Origin: Camelus dromedarius
Taxonomy: Eukaryota
Reading direction: 5' to 3'
Assembly (NCBI RefSeq): GCF_036321535.1
Contig: NC_087458.1
Location: 1,736,001 to 1,800,000 of the forward strand
Length of the DNA: 64,000 nucleotides
In this document: positions 11,690 to 22,829 of the stretch, one piece after another
Layout of the letters: every line of letters starts with the position of its first letter
Position numbering within the stretch: position 1 is the stretch's first letter
Program-made: the position numbers and the translations under genes
Notes under the pieces: model-generated
What the model was told of the DNA's origin: nothing
The model's database searches: none
The model's input: only the letters and a program-made list of their open reading frames with translations

Positions 11690-11940
11690 TCCTTGCATTT
11701 TCGCCTGGTTTTTACCCAGCTGTTTGTCTTCTTCTTACTGATCCGTGGCGCTGTGGGAGTTCTTTATAGATCCTGGATGTGAGTCCTTTATCGGATACGT
11801 GTGTTTCAAATATTTCCTCCCAGTCTGGCTTGTCTTTTGAGTTCCCTATGGTGTCTTTTGGGGAACAGAAGTTTTTTATTTTGATGATGTCCATTGTGTC
11901 AACTTTGCCTCTATGGTCGCCTCGTCAGGGTTGTGTTTAA
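11690..11940 (-). mobile_element. L1 ORF2 fragment
   Basis: Peptide DIIKIKNFCSPKDTI...DWEEIFETHVSDKGLTSRIYKEL is L1 ORF2. Confidence 0.9.
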
Positions 11941-12174
11941 GGAGCTTCTGACTGTTCCGTGGTCCTCAGCGCCCCACACGTGTGCATATGCCTGTGCCCT
12001 GCTGCTGCAGTCTCAGCCCTGAGGACTTCACGCGGTCAGGGAGGCCTCTCTCGTCACCGTACCCGCCCCCAGCACAGCGCCTGGCACACCAGGGGGCTCC
12101 CCGATCTGTGGCCGAAGAAATTATTCCCTTCCCCCTCAGAGCCTGGCTGTCCCTGGCTGCCTGCTGCCTTGCTG

Positions 12175-12465
12175 CCCAGATAAGGGAAACGAAGCCCTTT
12201 GATCTAGCCCCCGGCTCAGAAGGCGGGACTGCAGGGGCCCCCCGGCTCCCCCGCGGTGCCTGCCCCGGCAGCATCCCCAGGGAGCCCGCCTGGCCAAAGA
12301 CCAGGACCCCCCCCCCCCCCGCCTGGCCCAGACCCCAGGCCAGCCCAGATCTTCCCCGAAGGGAAGATCAAAGACCCAGCTCCACTTCAGAGGCAGGGAT
12401 TCGGATTGCGGAGATAACTGGGTCCTGGGGTGAGCGAACACAGAGATAACTGTGGGGAGATAGTT
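12175..12465. promoter_or_regulatory. GATA plus TCF/LEF enhancer-like cluster
   Basis: AGATAA at 12178, 12412 and 12444, AGATAG at 12458; CTTTGAT at 12197-12203 and ATCAAAG at 12367-12373. Confidence 0.4.
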
Positions 12466-12689
12466 GGGTCACTTGAAACCCTAACCGCTTGCGCATGTAG
12501 AAGACTCGCCAGACCCTCACGTCCCAGGATCCTGGCTGGATTAGAAGCCCCTGGTTTTGAGGACACAGTGGGGAAAAAACTCACCCAGGCGTCCAAGAAC
12601 CTAAAAGGACATCGCAAGAGATCTAGAAATCTCCTGCGCTGCAGGTGGGAGCTCATGCTGGGGCAATAACTGGAAAGCTGAGCCTGAGT

Positions 12690-13060
12690 GTCATTCCCCG
12701 TGTCGTGTCGGGTGTGTGCCCCACAGCACACTCACCCCTGTGTTCACCAAAAGGCACTTTCTGGGATGTTCATGGCAGTCTAACAGCCCCAAACTGGGAC
12801 CCACCGAAATGCCCGCCCAGAGTGGGATCGGTAAACCAGCTGGGTGAAAATGAGTGCACTGTCACTGCACGCATCCACACAGACGCATCTCACAAACACC
12901 GTGTGGGGAGAGAGAAGCCAGGCAGGGAAGAGAAGGCATTCTGTGATGCTGTGTTTGATGGATTTCCAGAACAGATAAACTAATTTGTGCTCTTAGAAGT
13001 GAGAGAGTGATGGACCCTTGGCTGGGGGTGCCCAATGGGCCACGAAATGGGCCTCAGGGG
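12690..13060 (+). mobile_element. Old L1M 3' fragment
   Basis: tcaccaaaaggcac...atgttcatggcag...ccccaaactgg...gaagcca...actaatttgtgctcttagaagt follows the L1M 3' consensus. Confidence 0.75.
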
Positions 13061-13809
13061 CGCGTCTAGGTCTGAGATTTGACCCGCGTGCTGGTGGCTC
13101 AACTGTGTTCAGTCAGTGAAGCTTCACTGAGCGGTCCCTCGCGTCTGGTGCGTTTTCCCGCGTGCACATTACACTGCAGTCGGGAAGGGGACTCTTTCTA
13201 AAAGAGGAGGGTCGTGTGGCATCCGAAAGACCGAGACTCACACCTGGAACCCCCCCTTGGCGGTTACCGTCGCCCCCACCCCTCGACTCCCCCTCTCCGC
13301 GCTTGCCTTCAGGGTGCTCAGAAGAGAAGATGCACCGCGAATGCTGGGCTGACCCAGGGAAACTTCGTCTGCGCCCGGGAGGCCAGTGCCCGCCAAAAGG
13401 AGTAAAACTGAGGAAGTGTTACATTATTTGACAGGGTCCCCAGGCCTCGTTCAAGGACTAAGAAATAAGGATTGAAACAAGGGGCCGCAGAACAAAGTCC
13501 AGCCGTGCAAGGAACAGATTTCCCTTTCAACCCAGAGACAGGCTATTTATTTGAACAAGAACTTGCACAGGTCTCTTTTTACCCCCTTTGGAGCATATTT
13601 TATGTCGCCAAGAATTTCATGGCTATTAAAAGCTGCAAAGAAAGAAATCCTTTTAAAGCTGCCGGCTTGTAGCAAGGAGTGGGTAGGTTTCCAAAGCCCC
13701 GAGGACCGCAAGGCTTCAGAGGCACCTTTAAGCTTGACAGTCACGGAATCCGCTAAGCTGCTCGTGCTCCCAGCCCGGGGCCCGGCGAGGACCATTGTGG
13801 GTGTCCCCC

Positions 13810-14235
13810 AACCAAGAGGGTGTGCACTCACCAAAAGGCACGTACTGGAATGTTCACGGCTGCCCTACCCAAACATCTATCAATGGTAAAACGGAGAAAT
13901 AGACCGAGACGTTGTCTCACCGCAGAATACTACACAGCAATGAACACGGGGCTCACGCTCACAAAGCCAGACACAGAGGTACTCACACTGCAGGACTCCA
14001 CAGCCACAGAGCTCCGAATCAGATAGACCGCTCTGTGGTGATGGAGGTCAGCGCTATGGTTCCTGGGACAAGGTGGTTGTGGGAACGGGGCAAAGGGTCC
14101 TTTGGGGGTTGGGTCATGGTCTGTCCCTTGGCCTGGGAGCTGGGATCCCCAGTGAGCTCAGTGCTGTGTTTACAGTGCCAGGATTTTCTGTACAGCCATT
14201 CTGCTCTGATAAAAAATTTGTACAAGTTTAAAGCA
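13810..14235 (+). mobile_element. Old L1M 3' fragment
   Basis: tcaccaaaaggcacgtactggaatgttcac...gaatactacacagcaatgaa...aagccagacacagagg. Confidence 0.75.
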
Positions 14236-14244
14236 CATTTTTTG

Positions 14245-14421
14245 TTAACCACTGTATATAAAAATAGATTAAAAAACATATTTCTTCTATATAGCACAGG
14301 GAACTATATTCAATATCTTATAATAACCTATAACGAAAAGGAATGTATGTATGTATAATGGAATCACTGTGTTGTATACCAGAAACTAACACAACACTGT
14401 AAATCAACTATACTTCAATTT
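14245..14421 (+). mobile_element. L1 3' terminal fragment (artiodactyl type)
   Basis: tatagcacagggaactatattcaatatctt...accagaaactaacacaacactgtaaatcaactatacttcaat. Confidence 0.9.
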
Positions 14422-14864
14422 CAAAGGGAAAAAAGAAGGATGCAGATATAGATCCACCCTGAAGCAGAGACTCCAGACACTCATAGGGCCTTCAGCGTCC
14501 TCCCTCATCTTTGGATCCCCCTCCTTCAAGTCTGAGGGCAGCTGCCCCCATGCCCGCCGGTCCCAGCCTGCTCCTTGTCTTCCCTTCCTGACGCCGGCCC
14601 TGTGGACTCTGGAGGTGCTTAGTCCCCAGTGCCTTGTGACAAATGTGTCCACCTGTGTGCCCACGTGTCCATTCATCTATCCATCTACATCTCTCTATCT
14701 TAGATCCGTATCCATCCGTCTAGATAACTGTGTCTGTCTGTGTGTCTGTGTCTACACCCACATCTCCATCTCCATCTCCTCCTGCTTCTGCTCCTCTGGT
14801 CCGGCGGGTGCTCGCTTGAGTGCGAGGGTTAAGTGCACACAGTTCCCCCACCGCTGACTAGGGA

Positions 14865-15025
14865 GTGATTTGAGGCAGGTTGTCTGTGTCCCTGTCTTCT
14901 CATCTGCAAAATGGGGATGTAATAAAGTACCCTCCTCCCAGATTTCTTGTGAGAATGAAATAAGTTAGTACCTTGAAAGTGCATACACAAAGATCTGCCC
15001 ATAATAAGTTCCTGATAAGTAATAG
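14865..15025 (+). mobile_element. MIR SINE
   Basis: ctcatctgcaaaatggggatgtaataaagtacc...ttgtgagaatgaaataag. Confidence 0.85.
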
Positions 15026-15159
15026 CGACTATTTCCTGCAAAATGGAACTGAAAATATGGTCCATGTCAGAGTGGGGGCTGGGCTGGATCTGTGTTCCCT
15101 AAATTGCGGTCATTCAAGTGAAACCATCACTCTTTTTATTATATCTGCCTGCAGCTTGT

Positions 15160-15470
15160 ATTTTTTGTTTACATAATATGTTTACTTCAATCAATTTTTT
15201 GTAACTTGCAGTTTTATTCAGAAGGGAAACCGCTTATCGCCAGGATAAAAGGAAAATGAGTCCCGCTTCCCATAAATGGAAGGCAGCCATGAAATCAGCA
15301 CTCCTTGTCCGCGCCCCAAAACCTGAAGGCTCCGAGAAGCACGCAATTATTTGGGCAAGAAAACATTTTTGTTTGGAAAATTTGGGGCAAAGCCTGAGCT
15401 GATCTGATTTGAGGCTATTCAGTGACTTAGCATGAAAATCATGTTTTGTTGGAGAAACAGAAACAGAAAA
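15160..15470. promoter_or_regulatory. AT-rich enhancer-like island (FOX, ONECUT, ARE, IRF motifs)
   Basis: TGTTTAC at 15166 and 15179, AATCAAT at 15189, GTGACTTAGCA at 15422-15432, GAAACAGAAACAGAAA at 15454-15469. Confidence 0.4.
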
Positions 15471-17985
15471 GAAGTAGACCCCACTAAAGGTGTTAAATCA
15501 CTATTGTAAGCCCCATATCGTCTCCCTAAAATCCAAAGGAAACACAGACTTCAAAATACACCCGGCTGAAAAATGTAGCTCAGAGAAGGCACTGAATAAA
15601 CCCTTGTTGCACAAGTGAAGTCGGGAGAGAGCAGAGGATTCGGGGTGCCCGCTCTCAGAGGGCGCGGGGGAGCCTCACGCTCCAGTGAAGCTCCAGGCTG
15701 CGGTGCTGACTGGCCTGGGTGTCTGGAGCTCAGCTGGGCTGTGGGTGGGGCGCCAGCCCGGCCCCTCCAGTGTGGGGGCCTCGGGGAAGTTGGGTGGCCA
15801 CGGGGTGACCGGTGAGCACCCTGACAGCGCCAGGCAGAAACCACCCGCTCCCCTGGCCGCCTAGAAGCCACACAGCCTCCTTGCTGCCAGCTTTCTCTGT
15901 CCGGCGGTCACAGAGCCTGCCCGGACCTGGCGGGGCGAAGGATCCCAGCTGACAGCGAGAGGAGACTCCGAGAAGGCAGGTCGCAGTTGACAGGTTTTAG
16001 TGTCTAGTGTGTGAATTTGAGCAAACTCTTCCTTCTTTTCTGATGTAAGAAGACACCCGCGTGTCTGCTTGCTCCGCAGCCTGGGCTCGAGGTTCCAGGG
16101 ATCCCGGTTCCATCAGCTATTAAGGATGTGAGGCTGGTGAGTCGCTGGGCCTCACAGAGCGACCTTCTCCAACTCGACTTATGTGGCCGCTTTCCTATAA
16201 ATTTGACAGTTCTCTCAGGTCTCCCTCAGTGACAGCCATGCCTCCGTTGCAGGCTAGAATGCTGGCAGGAGGGCGAGACCCCACGGAGCCCCCTGCCGTG
16301 CTCCGCTGGAATGACGACCCTTCGGAAATCTCCCTCCAGCACTGCGCAGGCCCCTTCATCCCCGCCCCACCCCCAGGCCCTCCAGACTCCTGCTCGCTGG
16401 GAAGTCCAGAAGCCTCCAGCATCCTCCGTTCTCCCTTCTGGTGCCAAACAAGGGCCCAGAGGGAGAGAAAAGCCTCAAGGCCGAGGGAAGATGGTCATCC
16501 TGGCGTCTGGAGGCCAGTGGTCCCTCTGAGACTCCATCAGGACAGTGCTCGGCAAAACATCTTTGGAGTTCTAGGTGGTTTCCATGGCTCGGAACTTATA
16601 ACCTTATTTTCTGTTTTCCCATGTAAAGAAAATGCCTGGCTCCCAGCCAGCCTCTGACCAGCAGCTTCTCATTACCCACGTGTGGCGGAGAAGGGCAGGG
16701 TGGGGACCGAGAAGGGTGTGCTGGGTCGTGGGGAGCGGGGCAGGAAGCCCAGAAACTTCCCTCCTCCCCAGGACCCGTGTGTCCTCACTGAGGCTCCACA
16801 CCCGATTCCCGTGGCCTGGGAGGGCAGTCCTTCAGGGCGGGGGGGCCCGGTCCCTCCTGAAGGGCCGTCCTAGTCAGTGCACCAACTGCTGTGACGAGTA
16901 GGCCCTGAGACTGCAGTGGCTTCGCACAGATTTCACTTTTCACCTGACGTAGTCCTGGGAGCACGGCTCCACACACTCATTCAGTCTACCTGTGCTTCTG
17001 TGTCCTTGGGCGTGTCCAGTTCCTCTTCTGGGATCCTTCCTGTCCTGCCAGGAAACAGGGGAGGAAGAGAAGGTGGAGAAGGAAGGCCGTTCTTAACCAC
17101 TGGGCCCAGAATGGCCCACGTCACTTCTGCTTCTATTACTTCGGCAAAAACAAGTCGCCTGGTCCCACCCAGATGTGGGGGGCCGGGGCAGGGCGTCCTC
17201 CTGTGCCCAGGAAGGAGAGAGGGCGCCGTGTGGTGAGCCTGCGCTGTGGTTGCCAGGGGGCCTGTTAAAGACCGAGTGAGAATGACTGTAGGCAGCAGTC
17301 AGCCAGCAGCTTTGTCCACTGGGAGCATGTCCAGAGGACAGTCTCGAAGATTCTGGAGGAGCAGCTTTCTGTTTTGAGGGCTCAGACTTCAATTTTGAAG
17401 GCTAAAGTCTCTGTACAGTGTACACAGAACCCACCACGTCCAACAACAACCCTCCCTCCTTACCGTGAACTTAGTCCTCATCCGAGACTCTTCCGTCCTT
17501 CCAGATTCTTAGGTGCCCTCAGGAAACAGTGGATTCTAACTCCGTTAACATCTAGATATAGGCAAGTCCTTGTAAACTGAGAAAAATGCCCTGCACGTGT
17601 TTTCTATTCACATTGAGAAATCTTGACATTCAACTTCATGCAAATCAGGAAAGGCTCTCTTGTGCAGTCAACAACTGTACAACTGTGACCAGCAGCTCTC
17701 TTGTCACTTCATTAGCTGCCTAGCCTTGAAGTGGGAATGGTGCGAGTTAGCCCTTAGCCCAATCTTAGAATCACAGTGGGAAGGAACTGCGGTCATCAAA
17801 TCTGGTGGTTTTGGAAGTCTCCCTCCAATAACCCAAACCTGCTGGTCCATTCCGACCTCCTCAATTAGGTGTTGGGAACCTGAGGTTCAGCTGGAGCTGG
17901 GGCTTTCCTAAGGTCACAGAGCGCTGATACTGGTCAATGTCAGAGCAGCAGATATGTTTCAAACCTCCAGTTTGGCCATCTAGAC

Positions 17986-18490
17986 CAGTACTGTGCCTCC
18001 TCGCCCAAAATATAACATAAGCCACACGTGCAAATTTTTTTCTATTTTTTTTAATTCAGCAAGTGTTTAATGCATACATCCACGTGTGTAATTTTAAACC
18101 TTCTAGTTGCCATATTTTTTTAAAAAGGGGGAAAAGGGGGTGGATGTTAATTTTAATAATATATTTTCTTTAACCCAAAATACCCAAGACAACAACATGT
18201 AGTGAATATAAAAAATCCAATGACATATTTCCATTCTTCATTTCAATTAAATCTTCAAAACCCGGTGTATATTTTACACTTACACGCTCTAAAATCTGGC
18301 GTAATTTCACGCTTCCACATCTTCATTTGGATGGGTAAACTTTCACTAGAAATATTTGCTCTGTATTTACAGCTGCTAAAATGTATAGTTGACAAGGTAG
18401 ATTTACATACCAAGTTGGCGCAAAGGTGCTTAAAGGTTTTCTTAATGACTGAATGGAGTATCCATTTTCAAGGTAAAACTCATGGAAATA
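17986..18490 (+). mobile_element. Charlie1/MER33-family hAT transposon fragment
   Basis: MER33-like left end continuing into Charlie1-like internal sequence (gtagatttacataccaagttg); 5' flank atctagac fits the NTCTAGAN hAT-Charlie target preference. Confidence 0.8.
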
Positions 18491-18900
18491 CAATGCACCA
18501 GAGAACGCAGCTCCCGCGTCGCACGGGCGCGTCGCCGGGGCTCAGGGCCCACGCTCGGCTCGGGGAGACCGCGTGGGACAAAGGCGTTCAGGAGCTCAGG
18601 TCAGATCTGCCGCGGCCCCGGGGATCCTTCACGCGTTCACAGGAGAATGTGTGAGAGCTACCATTTCCCCAGGCCCGCTGGGGAAAGAACCGTGGAACTG
18701 GGAAAGCCACGCAGAGCTGAGACTGCTCGGTGCTCCTCCTCCCCCGCGGCCGGCCGCGCCGCGCCCCCCACAGCTCTGCGGCAGCGTGGTCCCGTCGCCG
18801 GCGCCCACAGGGGAGGGCGGCCAGCATCTCCAGCAGGAGCAGGCCCAGGTGGCCGTCGCAGCCTGGGGACACCCCGGACGAGGCCCGGACACGAGTCTCT
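18490..18900. promoter_or_regulatory. CpG island-like region
   Basis: Very high GC and CpG density, e.g. cgcgtcgcacgggcgcgtcgccgg and cgcggccggccgcgccgcg. Confidence 0.6.
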
Positions 18901-20451
18901 GTCGATGGGGAGGATTGTGGTTATGACCCGAGTCACAACAGCTCTTCACGGTCGTCTGTCTGCGGCCCCTCAATCCACCTGACTCAAGGAACCGGACCAC
19001 AACGTGAAGGCTCCAGACTCAGCATGTGAACGCGAGGTAGCCCCTCAGCGAGCTGGCGGGAGGGGGCCCGGGGCTGGGTCTCCGTACTCCTGCCGAGGCA
19101 ATGCCCCCTCTTCCCGGGCCCCTCGCCCAGCCTCAGCTCAGGGCACCTGCCTGACCCACCCACAGCTCAGCCCTCAGCCGAGCAGCACAGAGGAGGAGGC
19201 AGATGCTGAGGCATCCGGGGAGAAAGGACCACCCCGGCAAGTCCTCCCCCTGGGGGCGCACACGTCAGAGCCACACGGGCACCAGAGACCCGAGGGCCCG
19301 GAAACGTCCACAAGACCCCTCCCCAAACCTGGCCAGACACGCTCTGGGGGTGCTGTTAGGGCCTGCCCTCCTGGCACAGAGGCCAGGGCCCCCAGATGAT
19401 TCCTCGGTGAGCTGAAGGGTCTCCCCAGGCTCAGCCCCCTGCACCCCAAGCCTGGGCTTGGGGAAGCCACGGCTTTGACCAGAGGCCTGCGTCTGCCCGC
19501 TGGGCCCCCCGACTTTCCTGCATCTCACTAAGGATCCCTGTGCCGCCAGCACATCAGACAAGCCTGGCATTCTCCGTCTGACCTAATAAAGCCTTGCTAA
19601 ATTGCTCTGCTCTCACTCCTGGAGAAATGAGGCCTGCTCCAATTACTCCCATAAGAAAAGCCTCTTAGAAAATGTCAGCGTGCAGGCAAAGGAAGGCTCT
19701 TCCTGCCGGCCAGGGAGTGAGGCTTGGAAATCCCAGGCGCCTTCTCCAAACAGACCCAGAGAGGAGGCTGTGTGGAGCTGTGGGTGCTCTAAGAAGGGAG
19801 AGGGGCCCTCGGGAGACTTTTAAGGCAGCGCCTTCCTCCCACAGGATAGGGGGCTCTTGTCTCACAAATTGGCAGGTGAAATTGAGCATTAAGGAAAAAT
19901 TGGCCTGACCAGGTCAGGGTGGAGGCAGAAAGTACTTGGCTCTGGTAGGAAATACAGTGGAGAAAGAGAGAGCGCCTTTCACATGGTGTGGGTTTCCCTG
20001 GATTAGCGCTGGATGGTAGCCCTGCGGGACTCGTTCTGAGATTGTCCAGTCTGGGTTTGGAAAACAAGGTGGCATTGATTAAGCTACTGCTCAGAAACCT
20101 GCACTTTCCCCCCTCCCACCCCCCGCACCCCCTGCATCTCCAAGAAGGGAGAAAAATACACCTTCCAGCAAGGAGCTTTAGAAAATAAAGGGTTGGACGT
20201 TTAGGCTGTTTCCATGTCTTGGCTATTGTAAATAGTGCTGCTATGAACATTGGGGTGCAGGTGTCTTTTTGAAGTAGGGGTACTTCTGGATATATACCCA
20301 GGAGTGGGATTACTGGGTCATATGGTAAGTCTATTCCTAGTCTTGAGGAATCTCCATACTGTTTTCCACAGTGGCTGCACCAAACTGCATTCCCACCAGC
20401 AGTGGAGGAGGGTTCCCTTTTCTCCACAGCCTCTCCAGCATTTGTCATTTG

Positions 20452-20603
20452 NNNNNNNNNNNNNNNNNNNNNNNNNNNNNNNNNNNNNNNNNNNNNNNNN
20501 NNNNNNNNNNNNNNNNNNNNNNNNNNNNNNNNNNNNNNNNNNNNNNNNNNNNNNNNNNNNNNNNNNNNNNNNNNNNNNNNNNNNNNNNNNNNNNNNNNNN
20601 NNN
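20452..20603. other. N block (152 nt) inside L1
   Basis: Seen directly. Confidence 0.99.
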
Positions 20604-20685
20604 CTTCTGCCCATTTTGGATTGGGTTGTTTGTTTTTTTCTTATTATGTTGTATGAGCTGCTTATATACTCTGGAGATCAAGCTT

Positions 20686-20816
20686 NNNNNNNNNNNNNNN
20701 NNNNNNNNNNNNNNNNNNNNNNNNNNNNNNNNNNNNNNNNNNNNNNNNNNNNNNNNNNNNNNNNNNNNNNNNNNNNNNNNNNNNNNNNNNNNNNNNNNNN
20801 NNNNNNNNNNNNNNNN
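20686..20816. other. N block (131 nt) inside L1
   Basis: Seen directly. Confidence 0.99.
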
Positions 20817-22059
20817 TTCTATTGCTTGGGTAGACTGCCCTAGGAGAACATTTTTGAGATGTATGTGAGATAATGTCTGTCAACAGATGACTGGATAAAG
20901 AAGATGTGGTATATTTATACAATGGAATACTATTCAGCCATAAAAAAAAACAACAACATAACGCCATTTGCAGCAACATGGATGTCCCTGGAGAATGTCA
21001 TTCTAAGTGAAGTAAGCCAGAAAGAGAAAGAAAAATACCATATGAGATTGCTCATATGTGGAATCTAAAAAAAATAAAATGAACATAAATACAAAACAGA
21101 AACAGACTCATAGACATAAAATACAAACTTGTGGTTGCCAAGGGGGCGGGGGGTGGGAAGGGACAGACTGGGATTTCAAAATTTGTAGATACTGACAGGC
21201 ATATGTAGAATAGATAAACAAGATTATACTGTATAGCACAGGGAAATATATACAAGCTCTAGTGGTAGCTTACAGCGGAAAAAAAAGTGACAATGAATAT
21301 ATGTATGTTCATGTATAACTGAAAAATTGTGCTCTACGCTGGAATTTGACACAACATTGTAAAATGACTATAACTCAATTAAAAAATGTAAAAAAAAAAA
21401 AAAAAAAAAAAAGGAAGGAAGGAAGGAAGATAATACAGGGTTGGGCTCCCAAGAGGCAGACTCCTGGTTTGCGGGAGGCTTTTGAGGGAGAGCTTCCAGG
21501 AAGGGAGAAGACAGGGAGGAGGCAGGCCCAGGTAGTCAGAGACTCTGGACTGGGATGCTGTTTCAGGAGAGGCCTCCACTGTCCGTGGAGGGCACCACGG
21601 ATTTGGTGACGCTTCAGAGCAGTCCCTGTTAGAGCAAGAGTTCTGGGCCTTTAAACCCCCATGTTGATGAGCCACCTCACAATGTGGTAAATTTTATAAA
21701 ATTATACAAAAGCAACTTTGCACGTTGTCTAAGAATTAGCTTAGAGATGCCATTATACATCCAATTTTATTAAACAGCGTATTTTTAAAATGAGCTTATT
21801 TTCATAATTTGGGATTTGTTTGTTTGTTTAAGATAAAGGCCCAGTTTACTCTGAAGTGCTAGTTCACTTTAAGCAAATTCACTTTTTCAGCGCATGGCTT
21901 ACTGTCCAGTACGCTGCACCCACGGCAGGCATGGCTAATCAATCACAGAGCACACCTGTCTCCCTTTAGTTCACACGATGTTCTCTCTGCCTGAAGCACC
22001 CTTCCTGTCCCTCCCTCTAGCTAGGTCTCAGTTTGAATTCTTGTCCAGAACTAGTTTTC

Positions 22060-22240
22060 TGGCCGTCTCAAGCTAGGTCAGCTCTCCTTTCCCCGTGCCT
22101 GCCTTACCATGGTATGTATCACACTGCACTGTGTCTGCTTTCTTGTCTGTCTCACCCACCAGGTGTGAGCACAGGATAATGTCCTGTTGACCTCCCCTCC
22201 TCCAGGGCCTGGCACATGGGAGGAGCTCGTGGTGTGTCCA
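22060..22240 (+). mobile_element. L2 3' fragment
   Basis: cacactgcactgtgtctgctttcttgtctgtctcacccaccag...ccagggcctggcacatgggaggagctc. Confidence 0.7.
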
Positions 22241-22284
22241 GAGTGTCCCTGAGATCCCTTCTAGCTTGCCTCTTTGTGATTTAG

Positions 22285-22740
22285 ACATAGGTGTTGAAGA
22301 GGGGCTGATCCTACCCCAAGGTTCAGGTATGAATCCTTGTCACAGAGATCAGCCCAGGTAAGTCAGACCTAAACCATCAGAGCATGCTATTCCTCCAGCT
22401 AGAGGGATTGGTCCAGCAATGTGCACACCATCCACCTGGCCTAACAAGACCCAGGGAGCTGGCTAGAGGCTTCTGGGAAAGAGGCCTCTCCTAAAAAATT
22501 AGCTCTATCTCTTTGTAGATGGATGGTGTTTAGGTGTGATGCCTGGAACTCCTGCAGCTCTTTCATGATCTAGAGGGAAGTCAGCCTGAGAATGAGCTAA
22601 CACTGCAGAAAGAAAGAAATTAGGTCCTTGGTAATACCATTCATGCTAAACCAAATCAACAGTGATGCCTACCCATCTCCGGAACATTCCTTATATGGAT
22701 CAACAAATCAAGTCCTTTCTTGTGTCTCAGCCAATACAAT
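22285..22740 (+). mobile_element. MLT1 (J/K/L-type) MaLR LTR
   Basis: cagacctaaaccatcagagcatgctattcctccagc...gatgcctggaactcctgcagc...cagcctgagaatgagctaacac. Confidence 0.7.
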
Positions 22741-22829
22741 TGGGTTCAGCCCCCCCCCCTTCCCACCTCTCTGGCTTGGCCACTTGGTGAGAGTCGCTTT
22801 GCCTCATGGTCTCAGGATCCACAGGTCTT

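Larger units (their letters stand above)
20195..21427 (+). mobile_element. Young L1 with 5' inversion (twin priming), poly-A tail and TSD
   Basis: 20195-~20878 is antisense ORF2 C-terminus ([35 protein letters not shown]); 20881-21411 is sense 3' UTR plus poly-A; TSD agaaaataaagggttgg (20180-20196) / agataatacagggttgg (21428-21444). Confidence 0.93.

Noticed and set aside
14808-14817. 10-nt match to the U6 5' end (gtgctcgctt); also a 7SK-like ggatgtgagg at 16124-16133
   Set aside because: The matches do not extend; this length is expected by chance.
15813-15831. REST/RE1-like tgagcaccctgacagcgcc
   Set aside because: The spacer is one base short and both half-sites have mismatches in key positions.
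22355-22365. Strong donor CAG|GTAAGT (also similar sites near 29853, 31884 and 49049)
   Set aside because: They lie inside or are paired with MLT1 or MIR repeat sequence, with no independent support for exon use.
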